64,000 nt of DNA from Gemmatimonadota bacterium. GTDB taxonomy: Bacteria > Gemmatimonadota > Gemmatimonadetes > Gemmatimonadales > GWC2-71-9. Below are positions 1 through 10,314 of this stretch, piece by piece. Numbering within the stretch: the first letter of the stretch is position 1; each line of letters begins with the position of its first letter. The notes below the pieces were generated by a model, which was given only the letters and a program-made list of their open reading frames with translations, was not told the origin of the DNA and did not search any database. A program made the translations under genes and the position numbers. The stretch covers positions 160,001 to 224,000 of the forward strand of contig JBDHAB010000001.1 in NCBI GenBank assembly GCA_039588295.1, given 5' to 3'.

Positions 1-389
1 ACAATCTCGTCACCGGCACGGAAATGCGTGCGGCCGTAACATTGCGCGACGAGATTGATGGCTTCGGTGGTGCCGCGCACGAAAACAACCTCGTGCGGGT
101 CGGCCGCATTCAGGAATCGTTGCAGCGTGGCGCGCGCCGCTTCGTAGGCCAATGTGGCATGCTGGCTCAGTTCGTAGACGCCGCGGTGGATGTTGGCATT
201 CTCCGCCGTGTAGTACCGGGCGAGCGTGTCGATCACCACCTGCGGCTTCTGACTCGTCGCGGCGTTGTCGAGGTAGACGAGTGGCCGGCCGTTCGATCGC
301 CCGGCGAGCATCGGGAAGTCCGCGCGCACCTGCGCCACGTCCCGCACGGGACGTGGCGCAACCAGTGGCGTGGCGGCCTGGCGAACCAT
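1..389 (-). CDS. sufS: Cysteine desulfurase SufS, N-terminal part (runs off the window)
   Basis: Manual translation from ATG at 389 gives ...VRADFPML...[13 protein letters not shown]...NANIHRGVY...[11 protein letters not shown]; lies directly after sufD. Confidence 0.95.
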   Translation of the reverse strand, partial: MVRQAATPLVAPRPVRDVAQVRADFPMLAGRSNGRPLVYLDNAATSQKPQVVIDTLARYYTAENANIHRGVYELSQHATLAYEAARATLQRFLNAADPHEVVFVRGTTEAINLVAQCYGRTHFRAGDEI

Positions 390-398
390 GGGCGGCCT

Positions 399-1766
399 CT
401 AACTCGGGCTTCCGTCCTCAGCCAATCGTGCGCGCACCAGCCGGTCGAGGTCCGTGCGCAGCGTGTCGATCTTCACGGCGTTGAGGATCTCGGACCCAAA
501 GCCGTACGTCAGAAGCGCGCGCGCCTCCGCTCGGGAGAGTCCCCGGCTCTGGAGATAGAACAGGTGGTCGTCATCCATCGGCCCGAGGGTCGCACCGTGA
601 GTGCACCGCACGTCATCCGCGTAGATCTCGAGCTGCGGCTGGCTGTCCGCTCGCGCGTGCTGGGAGAGGAGGAGGTTGTTGTTCGTCTGTTTTGAGTCCG
701 TCTTCTGCGCCCCCGGGCGCACGATGATTCGCCCGTTAAACACACCGCGGCTGCGGCCGTCGAACACGCCGTTGAAGTACTCCCAGCTATTGCAATGCGG
801 CTGTGCATGCTCCAACACGGTGTGGTAGTCGCTGTGCTGCCGCTCGCGCAACATCGACAGCCCGTCGATTGTGCATTCCGAGCCTTCGCCATCCAGCACT
901 GCGTGAATGTCATGCCGCGAGAGCTGCGACCCGAACGTGAACGCGATCAGTGAAAACACGCTATCTCGCGCCTGTACGGAACGGGTCGTCGCAGTGTGAT
1001 ATGCCGCCGTACTCTCCCGCTGGATACGGTAGGTGTCCAGCTTGGCATTCTGGCCAACGACCACCTCCGTCACCGCGTTGGTCCAGTACTGGTGAGAATC
1101 GGTGGCCGCGTAGCTCTCTATGACGGACGCCTGTGCGCCCGGTTCGACCACCACCAACGCTCGCGGATGCGATACCGCTGTTGAACCGCTGACCGGGGCA
1201 GACAGAAACAGGAGGTGCATCGGTTGCTCGACCACGGTGCGCTCCGGCACGTAGACAAGCGCACCATCGTGGAGAAACGCGGTGTTCAGCGTGGCAAACG
1301 GATGCCCTCCCGTCTCAGCCAGTTGCGCCAGATGTGGCTTTACCAACTCCACGTTATCGTCCAGTGCCTCACGAAGACTCCCGAGCCTGACGCCCGCGGG
1401 GAGACGGTCGACTGAGGACAAGGACGGCGCGAAATAGCCATTGACGAACACCGCTACATGCTGGTTGCCACCACCAACGACATACTGACGTACCGATGAT
1501 GCGATCGTCGACGCATCAACCGCAGGAGCCAATGCGAAATCTGCACGGGCGATCGCCTTGACGTCGGTGAATCGCCACCCCTCCTGCCGTGTGGTCGGAA
1601 AGCCGAGTTCGGCAAACTCGTTGATGGCCTGCCGCTGGCGATCGCGGAGCCAGTTGGGCACGCTCGCCGCACCGTTCCCCACGAAGCGCTCGAACGCGTC
1701 AACGTAGAGGCTCGCAGCTGCCTTCATTTCGGCCGCAACAGGCGTGGGACGCTCAACCTCGGTCAT
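399..1766 (-). CDS. sufD: Fe-S cluster assembly protein SufD
   Basis: FPTTRQEGWRFT; PQLEIYADDVRCTHGAT; LFYLQSRG; position in suf operon. Confidence 0.96.
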   Translation of the reverse strand: MTEVERPTPVAAEMKAAASLYVDAFERFVGNGAASVPNWLRDRQRQAINEFAELGFPTTRQEGWRFTDVKAIARADFALAPAVDASTIASSVRQYVVGGGNQHVAVFVNGYFAPSLSSVDRLPAGVRLGSLREALDDNVELVKPHLAQLAETGGHPFATLNTAFLHDGALVYVPERTVVEQPMHLLFLSAPVSGSTAVSHPRALVVVEPGAQASVIESYAATDSHQYWTNAVTEVVVGQNAKLDTYRIQRESTAAYHTATTRSVQARDSVFSLIAFTFGSQLSRHDIHAVLDGEGSECTIDGLSMLRERQHSDYHTVLEHAQPHCNSWEYFNGVFDGRSRGVFNGRIIVRPGAQKTDSKQTNNNLLLSQHARADSQPQLEIYADDVRCTHGATLGPMDDDHLFYLQSRGLSRAEARALLTYGFGSEILNAVKIDTLRTDLDRLVRARLAEDGSPS

Positions 1767-2518
1767 GCCACTGTCGCTCCGTTCGTGACCCAGTCGTATC
1801 CTCTCGCCTCTAAGTCGAGAGCGAGTTGCATATCACCCGACATTACCACACGGCCACCCGCTAAGACGTGCACGCGGTCCGGAGTGAAGTAGTTGAGGAT
1901 GCGCTCATAGTGGGTGATCACGACAAAGGCTCGATCCGGACTGCGAAACTTGTTCACGGCGTCGGCAACCGCCTTCACGGCGTCGATGTCCAAGCCGGAA
2001 TCCGTTTCGTCCAAGATCGCGAGCCTCGGCTCGAGCACGGCGAGCTGGAGAATCTCGTTGCGCTTCTTCTCGCCTCCCGAGAATCCGTCGTTTACCGCGC
2101 GGTGGATGAGACTGTCGTCCCAGCCGATGGCCTCCAGCTTCTCCTCAAGTAGCTCCGCGAACTCGAGGGTATCGAGCTCCTCGAGCCCGCGCTCCTTTCG
2201 AGCCGCGTTGATGGCGGATTGGAGGAAGTACGCGTTCGTAATGCCACGGATCGCGACCGGATACTGAAACGCAAGGAACAGGCCTGCACGGGCGCGCTCA
2301 TCCGTTTCCATCTCGAGCAGGTCCGCGCCGTCAAACGCGACAGATCCCTCCGTCACCTCGTACGCCGGATGGCCCGCCAGCACCTGGGCAAAGGTGCTCT
2401 TCCCCGAACCGTTCGGCCCCATGATGGCGTGCACCTCGCCCGCCTTCACGGACAGGTCTACGCCCTTGAGGATCTCCGTGCCGTCAATGCCGGCGTGCAG
2501 ATTCTTGACTTCAAGCAT
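1763..2518 (-). CDS. sufC: Fe-S cluster assembly ATPase SufC
   Basis: GPNGSGKST, LAFQYP, FSGGEKKRNE, ILDETDSGLDID. Confidence 0.97.
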   Translation of the reverse strand: MLEVKNLHAGIDGTEILKGVDLSVKAGEVHAIMGPNGSGKSTFAQVLAGHPAYEVTEGSVAFDGADLLEMETDERARAGLFLAFQYPVAIRGITNAYFLQSAINAARKERGLEELDTLEFAELLEEKLEAIGWDDSLIHRAVNDGFSGGEKKRNEILQLAVLEPRLAILDETDSGLDIDAVKAVADAVNKFRSPDRAFVVITHYERILNYFTPDRVHVLAGGRVVMSGDMQLALDLEARGYDWVTNGATVA

Positions 2519-2560
2519 ATCGGTTTCCGTTGTGTCCCTTCTCGGTTGTCTCGTGCGCGT

Positions 2561-4000
2561 TTACCCGACGCTGCCTTCCAGGCTCACAGAAAGGAGTCTG
2601 GTCGCCTCCACGGCAAACTCCATCGGCAGCTCACGGAAGACCTCTTTGCAGAACCCGTTGACGATCAGCGAGACGGCATCCTCTTCCGGTATGCCGCGCT
2701 GTTTGCAGTAGAAGATCTGATCCTCGCCGACTTTTGATGTGGTCGCTTCATGTTCCATCGTCGCCGACGGGTTCCGCACGTCGATGTACGGAAACGTGTG
2801 CGCCCCGCACTGATCGCCGATGAGCATGGAGTCACATTGCGAGTAGTTTCGCGCGTCCGCCGCACCCTTCATGATCTTCACCTGCCCGCGGTAGGTGTTC
2901 TGACTGCGGCCCGCGGAAATCCCCTTCGACACGATGGTACTGCGTGTGTTCCTGCCGATGTGAATCATCTTCGTGCCGGTATCGGCTTGCTGGTAGTTGT
3001 TGGTCATCGCGACAGAATAGAACTCACCGATCGAGTTGTCGCCTTCCAGCACACAGCTCGGGTACTTCCAGGTGATAGCCGAGCCGGTCTCGACCTGCGT
3101 CCAGGAGATCTTGGAGTTCCTTCCCGTGCACCGGCCGCGCTTGGTGACGAAGTTGTAGATGCCACCCTTACCCTCTTCATCTCCCGGGTACCAGTTCTGG
3201 ATCGTCGAGTACTTGATCTGCGCGTCGTCGTGGGCGACGAGCTCGACGACGGCTGCGTGCAGTTGGTTCTCGTCCCGCATCGGCGCCGAGCACCCTTCGA
3301 GATAGCTGACATAGCTCGCCTCATCAGCGACGATGAGCGTCCGCTCGAACTGGCCCGTTGCCAGTGCGTTGATCCGGAAGTAGGTCGAGAGTTCGAGCGG
3401 GCACTTCACACCCTTCGGCACATACACGAACGACCCGTCCGTAAACACTGCGGAGTTGAGCGCTGCAAAGAAGTTGTCATTCGTGGGCACCACGGTCCCG
3501 ATGTACTTCCGCACCAGGTCGGGATGCTCCTGAATCGCCTCCGAAATCGGCAAAAAGATCACACCGAACTTCTTGAGTTCTTTTTTGAACGTCGTTGCCA
3601 CGGAGACGCTATCGAACACGGCATCCACCGCGACGCCGGTGAGGCGCTTCTGTTCCTGCAGGGGGATCCCCAACTTCTCGAACGTCTCGAGCAGCTTCGG
3701 GTCAACTTCGTCCAGGCTCTCCGGCGCCTGCTTCTGTTTGGGCGCCGCGTAGTAGTGGAGGGCCTGGTAGTCGATGGGCGGGTACTTCACGTTGGGCCAC
3801 GTGGGCTCCTTCATCTTCAGCCAGTGGCGATAGGCATTCAGCCGCCACTCGAGCATCCAGCCAGGCTCGGCCTTCTTCTCGGAGATGAGGCGGATGATAT
3901 CCTCGTTGAGCCCCTTGGGCGCGAGCTCGGATTCGATATCGGTGCTCCACCCGTACTTGTATGGTTGTTTGACGTGATCGTCGATCGCGTTCGTCGTCAT
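2561..4000 (-). CDS. sufB: Fe-S cluster assembly protein SufB
   Basis: [41 protein letters not shown]. Confidence 0.98.
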   Translation of the reverse strand: MTTNAIDDHVKQPYKYGWSTDIESELAPKGLNEDIIRLISEKKAEPGWMLEWRLNAYRHWLKMKEPTWPNVKYPPIDYQALHYYAAPKQKQAPESLDEVDPKLLETFEKLGIPLQEQKRLTGVAVDAVFDSVSVATTFKKELKKFGVIFLPISEAIQEHPDLVRKYIGTVVPTNDNFFAALNSAVFTDGSFVYVPKGVKCPLELSTYFRINALATGQFERTLIVADEASYVSYLEGCSAPMRDENQLHAAVVELVAHDDAQIKYSTIQNWYPGDEEGKGGIYNFVTKRGRCTGRNSKISWTQVETGSAITWKYPSCVLEGDNSIGEFYSVAMTNNYQQADTGTKMIHIGRNTRSTIVSKGISAGRSQNTYRGQVKIMKGAADARNYSQCDSMLIGDQCGAHTFPYIDVRNPSATMEHEATTSKVGEDQIFYCKQRGIPEEDAVSLIVNGFCKEVFRELPMEFAVEATRLLSVSLEGSVG

Positions 4001-4704
4001 GCCGACTCCTCGTCACTCGGTATCTCACCCCCGGCTGATGGCTCTTCCCCATCACGCCCGTTCGACTCGGGCTGGATGGAGTAGAGGCACGCGTTGCAGC
4101 CGTCGGGTATGTACGAGTCTCGTTGAACATCCGTCTGCAGTACCTCGCGTAGGAATTCCGCCTCCGCTGCGCAGATCTCCGGGAATTGCTCCGCCACAGT
4201 GCGCACCGCACAGTTGTGTTCGGTGAGCTTCAGCGTGTCGGCCTCGACCGACCAGGCCGCCATGAAACCCTGACCCGAGAGTAGCTCGACCACCGCCGCG
4301 ACGCGTGCCTCGAGGCTCGCGTCGACTAGCTCCACACGAAGGCGATCGGCATGGGAGCGGAACCGCTGGGCAAACAGCGCCCGCACCGCGTCCCGCCCGT
4401 CCTGCTGCGCCACATACGCGAGCACATCGGTCAGGGCCTCCCCGTAATGCGTCGGGAACAGGGCTTCACCGTCGAGGCTCAGCCGATAGGTGTACGTGGG
4501 CGCTCCGGTCCCTCGCTGCTCTCGGCGGTAGTCCACCAACCCTTCCGCCTCCAGCTCCTTGAGATGCCTCCGTACGGCATTGGCCGAGACGCCAAACGTC
4601 TCCGCAAGTTCTTTTGCCGTAAGCGGTTGGGCGCGCTTGAGCTCGAGGAGAACATCTCCCCGGAGTCCCTTGTGGCCTGCGAGGCCAGGCATAATGGGTG
4701 TCAT
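3997..4704 (-). CDS. sufR: SufR-like HTH transcriptional regulator of the suf operon
   Basis: N-terminal HTH ([21 protein letters not shown]); C-terminal EHNC...EICAAE...GCNAC cysteines. Start moved to ATG 4704, 9 nt after a TACCAT -10 box. Confidence 0.85.
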   Translation of the reverse strand: MTPIMPGLAGHKGLRGDVLLELKRAQPLTAKELAETFGVSANAVRRHLKELEAEGLVDYRREQRGTGAPTYTYRLSLDGEALFPTHYGEALTDVLAYVAQQDGRDAVRALFAQRFRSHADRLRVELVDASLEARVAAVVELLSGQGFMAAWSVEADTLKLTEHNCAVRTVAEQFPEICAAEAEFLREVLQTDVQRDSYIPDGCNACLYSIQPESNGRDGEEPSAGGEIPSDEESA

Positions 4705-4713
4705 GGGCGCGGA

Positions 4714-4762
4714 ATGGTAACCAGCATGGCCAAGTTTTGCAACTAATTTAACGAATTTGTTG
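4714..4762 (-). promoter_or_regulatory. suf promoter (TTGCAA-17-TACCAT) with an overlapping inverted-repeat operator
   Basis: -35 at 4742-4737, -10 at 4719-4714; IR CAACTAATT-N5-AATTTGTTG at 4740-4762. Confidence 0.65.
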
Positions 4763-4865
4763 ATAAACGTCACATCGGGTGAGCACCCCGGTAAGTGAAT
4801 AAAGTCCGGCACTCCGGGTAACTCCGGGTGGACCTCCCGATCCTGATGCGAGCCGATGGAGGTGC

Positions 4866-5057
4866 ATGGCACTGACCGCAGCAGCATGCCCACCAACGGA
4901 TGCGCCCGCCCCGGACTATGTCCTGTGTGACCGCGGGCGACGCCTCGGCGTTATCACCGCACCGTGCGCGCGACCAACGTTTGGCAGTAGCGCTCCAACG
5001 GTGTTTCTCGACCGAGTGTCGGTGCACCACATTTCGACCGAGTCGGCCGCGGCATGA
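4866..5057 (+). CDS. Possible 63-aa small protein
   Basis: GGAGG 3 nt before ATG; GC hairpin after the stop; no recognisable homology. Confidence 0.3.
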   Translation: MALTAAACPPTDAPAPDYVLCDRGRRLGVITAPCARPTFGSSAPTVFLDRVSVHHISTESAAA

Positions 5058-5166
5058 CGCCCCGGGGACGGACTTCCCCGTTCGGGCTCTTACTGTTTGC
5101 CCACGGCACGCCAACGGGTATCCTTCACCGACCATCCACACGTTTATCGAGCGGAGGGACACATAC

Positions 5167-6423
5167 ATGAGATCGCTCAAACCTTGGGCGTCTATCCTCA
5201 CGGTCTTCGTCGCCGTCGCGTGCACCAGTGCGGAGGGTGCATGGAAAGGCACGATCACCGATAGCGCCGGCGTTACGATCGTCGCGAACACCGATGAAGG
5301 CGTCTGGACACCGTCGGCACAGTGGACACTGGAAGAGGAATTGCGCATCGGAGCTGTCGAGGGCGACCCCGATTACCAATTCGGACAAATTGGGCTTCTT
5401 GCGGTCGATTCGAGAGACCGGATCTTCGTGCTCGACGCGCAGGCCCGACACGTGCGGGTCTATTCCCCTGACGGTGCGTACGAACAGACCATCGGGGGGC
5501 CGGGGGCGGGACCCGGCGAACTCGGACAACAAGCGGCCGCGCTGTACATGGGACCTGGCGACACGCTCCTCGTTCCCGACCTCGCCAACCAACGCGTGAA
5601 CCGCTATGCGCCCGATGGAACCAGCCTCGGCAGCTTCCCGCTGCGGCTGGAGCACGGAATCCCAATGGCGATCAATGCAACGCGCACGGGCGTCGTTGCG
5701 GAACAGGTCCGTCCGCTCTCACTGCCAGATCGCCCCGCCAGGGACAGCCTGGACGTGATTGTCACACTCGCGACCGACGGTTCCGTCCTCGACACGCTCA
5801 TGACCTTTCTACCCGGGGGTACCATCGATTTCGGCGGCAGCGCCCCCAGCGTTACCCTGTTCTCACCGGAGCCCTCATGGCAATTGACCGATGACATGCA
5901 CCTGCTGTTCGGAATCAGCGACAACTACCGGATCAGTCTCTTCTCTCCAGACGGCGAACTGCAACGGATCGTCACCAAGCCGTTCGTGCAGGACCCGATC
6001 ACCGAGCGCGACCAAGAGATGATGATGGAGTTCTTCGAACAGCAGGTACGCGACGCGGTGCCGCCACAAGCGGTCCAAGAGGCCATCGCACGTATGCGCC
6101 AGGTGATGAGTTTCGCCGATTTCTACCCGGCATTCGCCGCCATGCAGATGGGACCCCAGGGGAGTCTCTGGGTGCAGCACATTCAATCCCCGTCAACGCT
6201 CTCCGAGGAAGAGCTCGCAGCATGGGATTTCACACAAGATATCGGTGCCCGACAGTGGGACGTGTTTGACGCGGACGGCAGATACTTGGGTGTCGTGAAC
6301 ATGCCACCCCGGTTCTCACCGAGGATCATTTTGGGCAGCAAGATCTACGGCGTGTGGCGCGACGACTTGGATGTGCAGTATGTGATGCGGCTCAGGATCG
6401 TGGGGGTGGAGGAGGAGGCGTAG
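5167..6423 (+). CDS. 6-bladed beta-propeller (NHL-like) lipoprotein
   Basis: GGAGG RBS; lipobox AVAC; IGGPGAGPGE; repeated YxPDG/FxADG blade motifs. Confidence 0.8.
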   Translation: MRSLKPWASILTVFVAVACTSAEGAWKGTITDSAGVTIVANTDEGVWTPSAQWTLEEELRIGAVEGDPDYQFGQIGLLAVDSRDRIFVLDAQARHVRVYSPDGAYEQTIGGPGAGPGELGQQAAALYMGPGDTLLVPDLANQRVNRYAPDGTSLGSFPLRLEHGIPMAINATRTGVVAEQVRPLSLPDRPARDSLDVIVTLATDGSVLDTLMTFLPGGTIDFGGSAPSVTLFSPEPSWQLTDDMHLLFGISDNYRISLFSPDGELQRIVTKPFVQDPITERDQEMMMEFFEQQVRDAVPPQAVQEAIARMRQVMSFADFYPAFAAMQMGPQGSLWVQHIQSPSTLSEEELAAWDFTQDIGARQWDVFDADGRYLGVVNMPPRFSPRIILGSKIYGVWRDDLDVQYVMRLRIVGVEEEA

Positions 6424-7021
6424 CACCGGCCTCCTCAACGCGCTTGAGGAGCGCTTGATACGCCTCGGGCGTGTCGATGTCCTCAACCACGGCCGGGTCA
6501 TCGACGTGCACGACCGCAACTCGCGAGGGGTCTGCGCGAACGACCGCACGGGCCCCTTCGTCATTGGGGGCCGTCAGCAGCTCGTCGAAGACGGCCCGAG
6601 CGAACACCACGGGATGGCCCCGTCGGCCACGGTAAGCCGGCAGCACGATCGCGCTCTCGCCGTCGCGAAAACGGTCCAGCAGCGACTCCAGAGTGGCGAT
6701 CGCGATGTGCGGGCGGTCCACGTGCCAGACTACGACTGCCTCAACCGGATGGTTGACAAGGTGCTGAACGGCGATGCGGATCGATCCGATGGGCCCGGAT
6801 TCCACGGCGGGGTTCAGTAGCACCGTGGCACCTCTCAAGTCGTTTTCGGAAAACAAGTTGTCGAATCCGGCGCCGACCACCACGACGCGCCGATTGACGC
6901 CAGCAGCCTGGCAGGCGCCCAGGATGGCGCCGAGAAATGTCGTCCCGCGAAGCGTCAAAGCCGCCTTTGGCTGGCCCATTCGCTCGGAGCCGCCCGCGGC
7001 GAGGATGATGGCCGCAATCAT
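6392..7021 (-). CDS. MocA/MobA-like nucleotidyltransferase
   Basis: ILAAGGSERMGQPKA, VDRP, GHPV, DIDTPE. Confidence 0.85.
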   Translation of the reverse strand: MIAAIILAAGGSERMGQPKAALTLRGTTFLGAILGACQAAGVNRRVVVVGAGFDNLFSENDLRGATVLLNPAVESGPIGSIRIAVQHLVNHPVEAVVVWHVDRPHIAIATLESLLDRFRDGESAIVLPAYRGRRGHPVVFARAVFDELLTAPNDEGARAVVRADPSRVAVVHVDDPAVVEDIDTPEAYQALLKRVEEAGATPPPPPPRS

Positions 7022-7072
7022 CGGAAATCCCTAGATTGGGGAGCCCAAAGAACCCCGTTCCTGAGGCACACG

Positions 7073-7624
7073 ATGGCCATTCGACCAGTCCGTCTTCTTG
7101 GTGACCCAATCCTGCGAGCCCGCTGCGAGCCCGTCAATAAGGTCCGTTCGCCGGCGGTTCGCGTCGTCGCCGACGACCTCCAGGACACACTGCGCGACCT
7201 CAAGCAGCAGCACGGGAAAGGCCGGGGACTCTCTGCTCCACAGATCGGCGCACCCATGCGGGTCGTGTACATCGAGACCGACAGGCCGTGGTTCCTCGTC
7301 AATCCCGAGATCGTTGACATCGGCACCCGGGATTTCGCAGTCTGGGATGACTGCTTCTCCATACCTGGGCTGCGCGTGCGGGTGCAGCGTTCGTACCGCG
7401 TCCAGGTGGCCTACACCGACCTCGCCGGACGAGGTCATACCGTCGATGCCGAGGGTGAGCTGGCCGAGCTGCTGCAGCATGAGATCGACCACCTCGACGG
7501 GGTGCTCATCGTGGATCGTCCCACTGGCCTCGACCCGTTCTGCCTCGAAGCGGAATGGCAGAAGCACTACGCTTCCGAGGGACGCTGCGGCGAACCAGCG
7601 CTTCGCGAAACCGTGCCCGTCTGA
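7073..7624 (+). CDS. def: Peptide deformylase (variant motifs)
   Basis: GRGLSAPQIG, DDCFS in place of EGCLS, QHEIDHLDG. Confidence 0.88.
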   Translation: MAIRPVRLLGDPILRARCEPVNKVRSPAVRVVADDLQDTLRDLKQQHGKGRGLSAPQIGAPMRVVYIETDRPWFLVNPEIVDIGTRDFAVWDDCFSIPGLRVRVQRSYRVQVAYTDLAGRGHTVDAEGELAELLQHEIDHLDGVLIVDRPTGLDPFCLEAEWQKHYASEGRCGEPALRETVPV

Positions 7625-7641
7625 GGCTCTCCCACCGTTGT

Positions 7642-8862
7642 TCAGTCCAAGGACTCGAGGAACTCGCTAATCACTCGGCTGGTCGCCGTCGGTTGTTCCA
7701 TTGGTGACAGGTGGCCGGCGCCGGCGATCATCGTCAGATGCGCATCGGGAATGCGGTCTGCCATGAATCGCGACGACTCTGCTGGAATAAGTTGATCCTC
7801 ACGACCAGCCACGACCAGCGTCGGGACGGTGATCGCGCCCAAGTCGGGCCTTGAGTCCGGACGCTGCTTGATCGCCGAGAGTGCACCGATAACCCCCGTG
7901 GCCGGACTACTCGTGATCATGGTGCGAACCCGCTCCACTACATCGGGCGTTGTTGCTAACGACGTGGGTGCGAGGAGCTTGGGCAGCAGGAGGTCCGCCA
8001 AGGCTGCGGGCCCCTGACGCTGCACCAACTGGATCATCTCATCCCGTCCGGCCCTCGCTTCGTCATCATCGGGCTCAGCGCGGGTGTTCATGAGAATGAG
8101 CGCCCGCACACGGTCCTTGTGCCGACGCATCATTTCGAGGGCGACGTATCCGCCCATGGAAAGCCCGCAGACTGCCACCTGCTCGAGACCGAGGACGTCG
8201 AGCAGCGCGCCCATGTCGTCCGCGTATTCCTGCATGGAGTAACCGGACTCCGGCACATCGCTCAGGCCGAGACCCCGGAGGTCCGGGGCAACGCGCCGGC
8301 GCCCGGTCAGCGGCGCGATCAGGTCGCGCCACATCGTCCGGTCGAGCGGGAACCCGTGAATGAACAGCATGGGAGGCCCATCACCCTGCACGTCGACCGC
8401 CGTGGCAACCCCGCGCACGATCATGTGCTGGAATGCACCCGCGCGCACGGAGTGACGCGCACCGAAGACATGCTGTATCGCCCTCGGGACCGGCATCGGC
8501 GTCCGGTCCTCGCCGAGACAGACGAACACAAAGTCGGCCTCCGCCACGAGACCCTGATCGGTCTGTCGTCGGGCGGTGTGGTGCAGCGTGAAGCTCGTGC
8601 GCCCGTGGTGCGTCAACACCGTCTCGAAGCACAGGACGGTGCCGGACGGAGTTTCTGCGTGGTATTCGAGAGTCGCTTTGCGGACGACCGGCCAAACGCC
8701 GTGTTGCCCGAACGCGTCTGCCCCTGGGCCTTCGGCAAGCGCCTCCCAAAGCACCCGCTCGAACAACCGGAGAACAGCCTCCTGGGTCACGTGCCCACGC
8801 GCATCACAGTCAGGTGGCAGGACCCGCAACGCGACGGAACGGACTGGGCTCACGCGCTTCAC
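7642..8862 (-). CDS. Hotdog (4HBT-like) thioesterase fused to an alpha/beta hydrolase
   Basis: N-terminal DCDARGHV...GRTSF; C-terminal HGFP, GLSMGG, GRED, GH triad motifs; start uncertain (GTG 8862 or ORF limit 8913). Confidence 0.8.
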   Translation of the reverse strand: MKRVSPVRSVALRVLPPDCDARGHVTQEAVLRLFERVLWEALAEGPGADAFGQHGVWPVVRKATLEYHAETPSGTVLCFETVLTHHGRTSFTLHHTARRQTDQGLVAEADFVFVCLGEDRTPMPVPRAIQHVFGARHSVRAGAFQHMIVRGVATAVDVQGDGPPMLFIHGFPLDRTMWRDLIAPLTGRRRVAPDLRGLGLSDVPESGYSMQEYADDMGALLDVLGLEQVAVCGLSMGGYVALEMMRRHKDRVRALILMNTRAEPDDDEARAGRDEMIQLVQRQGPAALADLLLPKLLAPTSLATTPDVVERVRTMITSSPATGVIGALSAIKQRPDSRPDLGAITVPTLVVAGREDQLIPAESSRFMADRIPDAHLTMIAGAGHLSPMEQPTATSRVISEFLESLD

Positions 8863-9162
8863 CGACTGGCAGGGGTGGGTAAACTTAGCGTCTGAAGAGG
8901 TCCGGACAACCAATGCAGATTCTTGGATTGCCTGGTGATGCTAACGGGCAGGCAGAACTTCGATGGCAGCAATGGATGCACGAGCCGCGACGTGGCCAGG
9001 TGAGAGGACGCACGTTACCGTGGGGGGATTACAGCAATTGGCGCTGTCTTTTCGGTGTCGTGTTAGTGTGCCGTCGGTGGCTGTGCTTGGCGTGTTCCAG
9101 CGTTCTTGAACACAACGACTTACACCTTTTCCACACCGTCTCGACAGTGTGTAGATTCGCGC

Positions 9163-10308
9163 GTGCTGAAGGCTGAACCGGCAACGTTCATCACTACGAG
9201 CACCGAGCTCGAGTCGCTGGTGGCGAGACTGGCGGCGCGACGGCGCCTCGCGCTCGATACCGAGTCCGCCTCATATCATCGCTATGTGGATCGGGTCTAT
9301 CTCGTCCAGGTGAGTTCCGACCAGGAGACCGCACTCATTGACCCGCTCGAGGTTTCGGACCTGAGCCCCATAGGTGCGCTCCTCTCGGATCCGGCGCTCG
9401 AGATCGTCCTCCACGATGCCGACTACGACTTGCGCGTGCTGGACCGCGACTACGGGTTCCGTGCCCGACAGGTGTTCGACACACGGCTCGCCGCTCAGCT
9501 GGCCGGAGAGGACGGTGTGGGGCTCGGATCGCTGCTCGAGCGGCATCTTGGGGTGCGGCTCGACAAGCGCCACCAGAGGGCCGACTGGTCCCGACGTCCG
9601 ATTCCGCCTGAGATGGCAGCGTACGCCGCCGACGACACCAGGCACCTCTTGAAGCTCCGCGAGGTGCTCGTCGGCCGGCTCCAAGAACTTGAGCGACTGC
9701 ACTGGGCCGAAGAGGAGTTTCGCCGTCTCGAAGAATTGCGCTGGGTTCGCAATACGAACGACCACGGGGAGGACTATCTCCGTATCCGGGGCGCCAAGAG
9801 TCTGCCCCGCCGGCAGCGGGCGATCCTCCAACAGCTGTACCGGTGGCGGGACCGGATGGCGCGCGCCCAAGACCGTGCGCCGTTTCGTGTCGTGAGCAAC
9901 ACCGCGCTCGTGGAGTTAGCCCGGGCCGCGCCAAAGCGACGCAGTGGCCTCGCGCAGGTCCCCGGCATGGCGGAGTCCATCGTGCGGCGTCACGGTCGCG
10001 ACCTGCTCGCTGCGATTCAGGCTGGACTCCGCGTCCCGGATTCCGAGCTACCGCGAATCGAGCGCCCCCGCCGGCACGTCCCCGATGCGGGATACGAGGC
10101 TCGACTCGAGCGGCTCAAGCGGCTCAGGAATGGTTGCGCCGAAACGGTCCGCCTGGATCCTGGACTGGTCTGCCCAAACGGAACTCTGCAGGGGCTGGCG
10201 CGGGAGATTCCGAAGTCCACGGCTGACCTGGACCGGATTGCGGAACTGCGCCGTTGGCAGCGGGAGGTCCTGGGTGAGAAGAACCTCCTGGCGGCGGTGC
10301 AGGGATAG
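9163..10308 (+). CDS. rnd: Ribonuclease D with HRDC domains
   Basis: LALDTE, HDADYD, FDTRLAA, DWSRRP, YAADD; GTG start 5 nt after TAGATT. Confidence 0.92.
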   Translation: MLKAEPATFITTSTELESLVARLAARRRLALDTESASYHRYVDRVYLVQVSSDQETALIDPLEVSDLSPIGALLSDPALEIVLHDADYDLRVLDRDYGFRARQVFDTRLAAQLAGEDGVGLGSLLERHLGVRLDKRHQRADWSRRPIPPEMAAYAADDTRHLLKLREVLVGRLQELERLHWAEEEFRRLEELRWVRNTNDHGEDYLRIRGAKSLPRRQRAILQQLYRWRDRMARAQDRAPFRVVSNTALVELARAAPKRRSGLAQVPGMAESIVRRHGRDLLAAIQAGLRVPDSELPRIERPRRHVPDAGYEARLERLKRLRNGCAETVRLDPGLVCPNGTLQGLAREIPKSTADLDRIAELRRWQREVLGEKNLLAAVQG

Positions 10309-10314
10309 CAGCGA

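Noticed and set aside
24..4084. Long plus-strand ORFs 24-695 and 2750-4084
   Set aside because: Antisense shadows of sufS/sufD and sufB, typical of high-GC DNA
4832..4865. Hammerhead or fluoride riboswitch-like words (CTGATG, GATGGAG)
   Set aside because: The remaining conserved core elements are missing
8913..9176. 87-aa ORF between the hydrolase and rnd
   Set aside because: No RBS or recognisable features; overlaps the divergent promoter region
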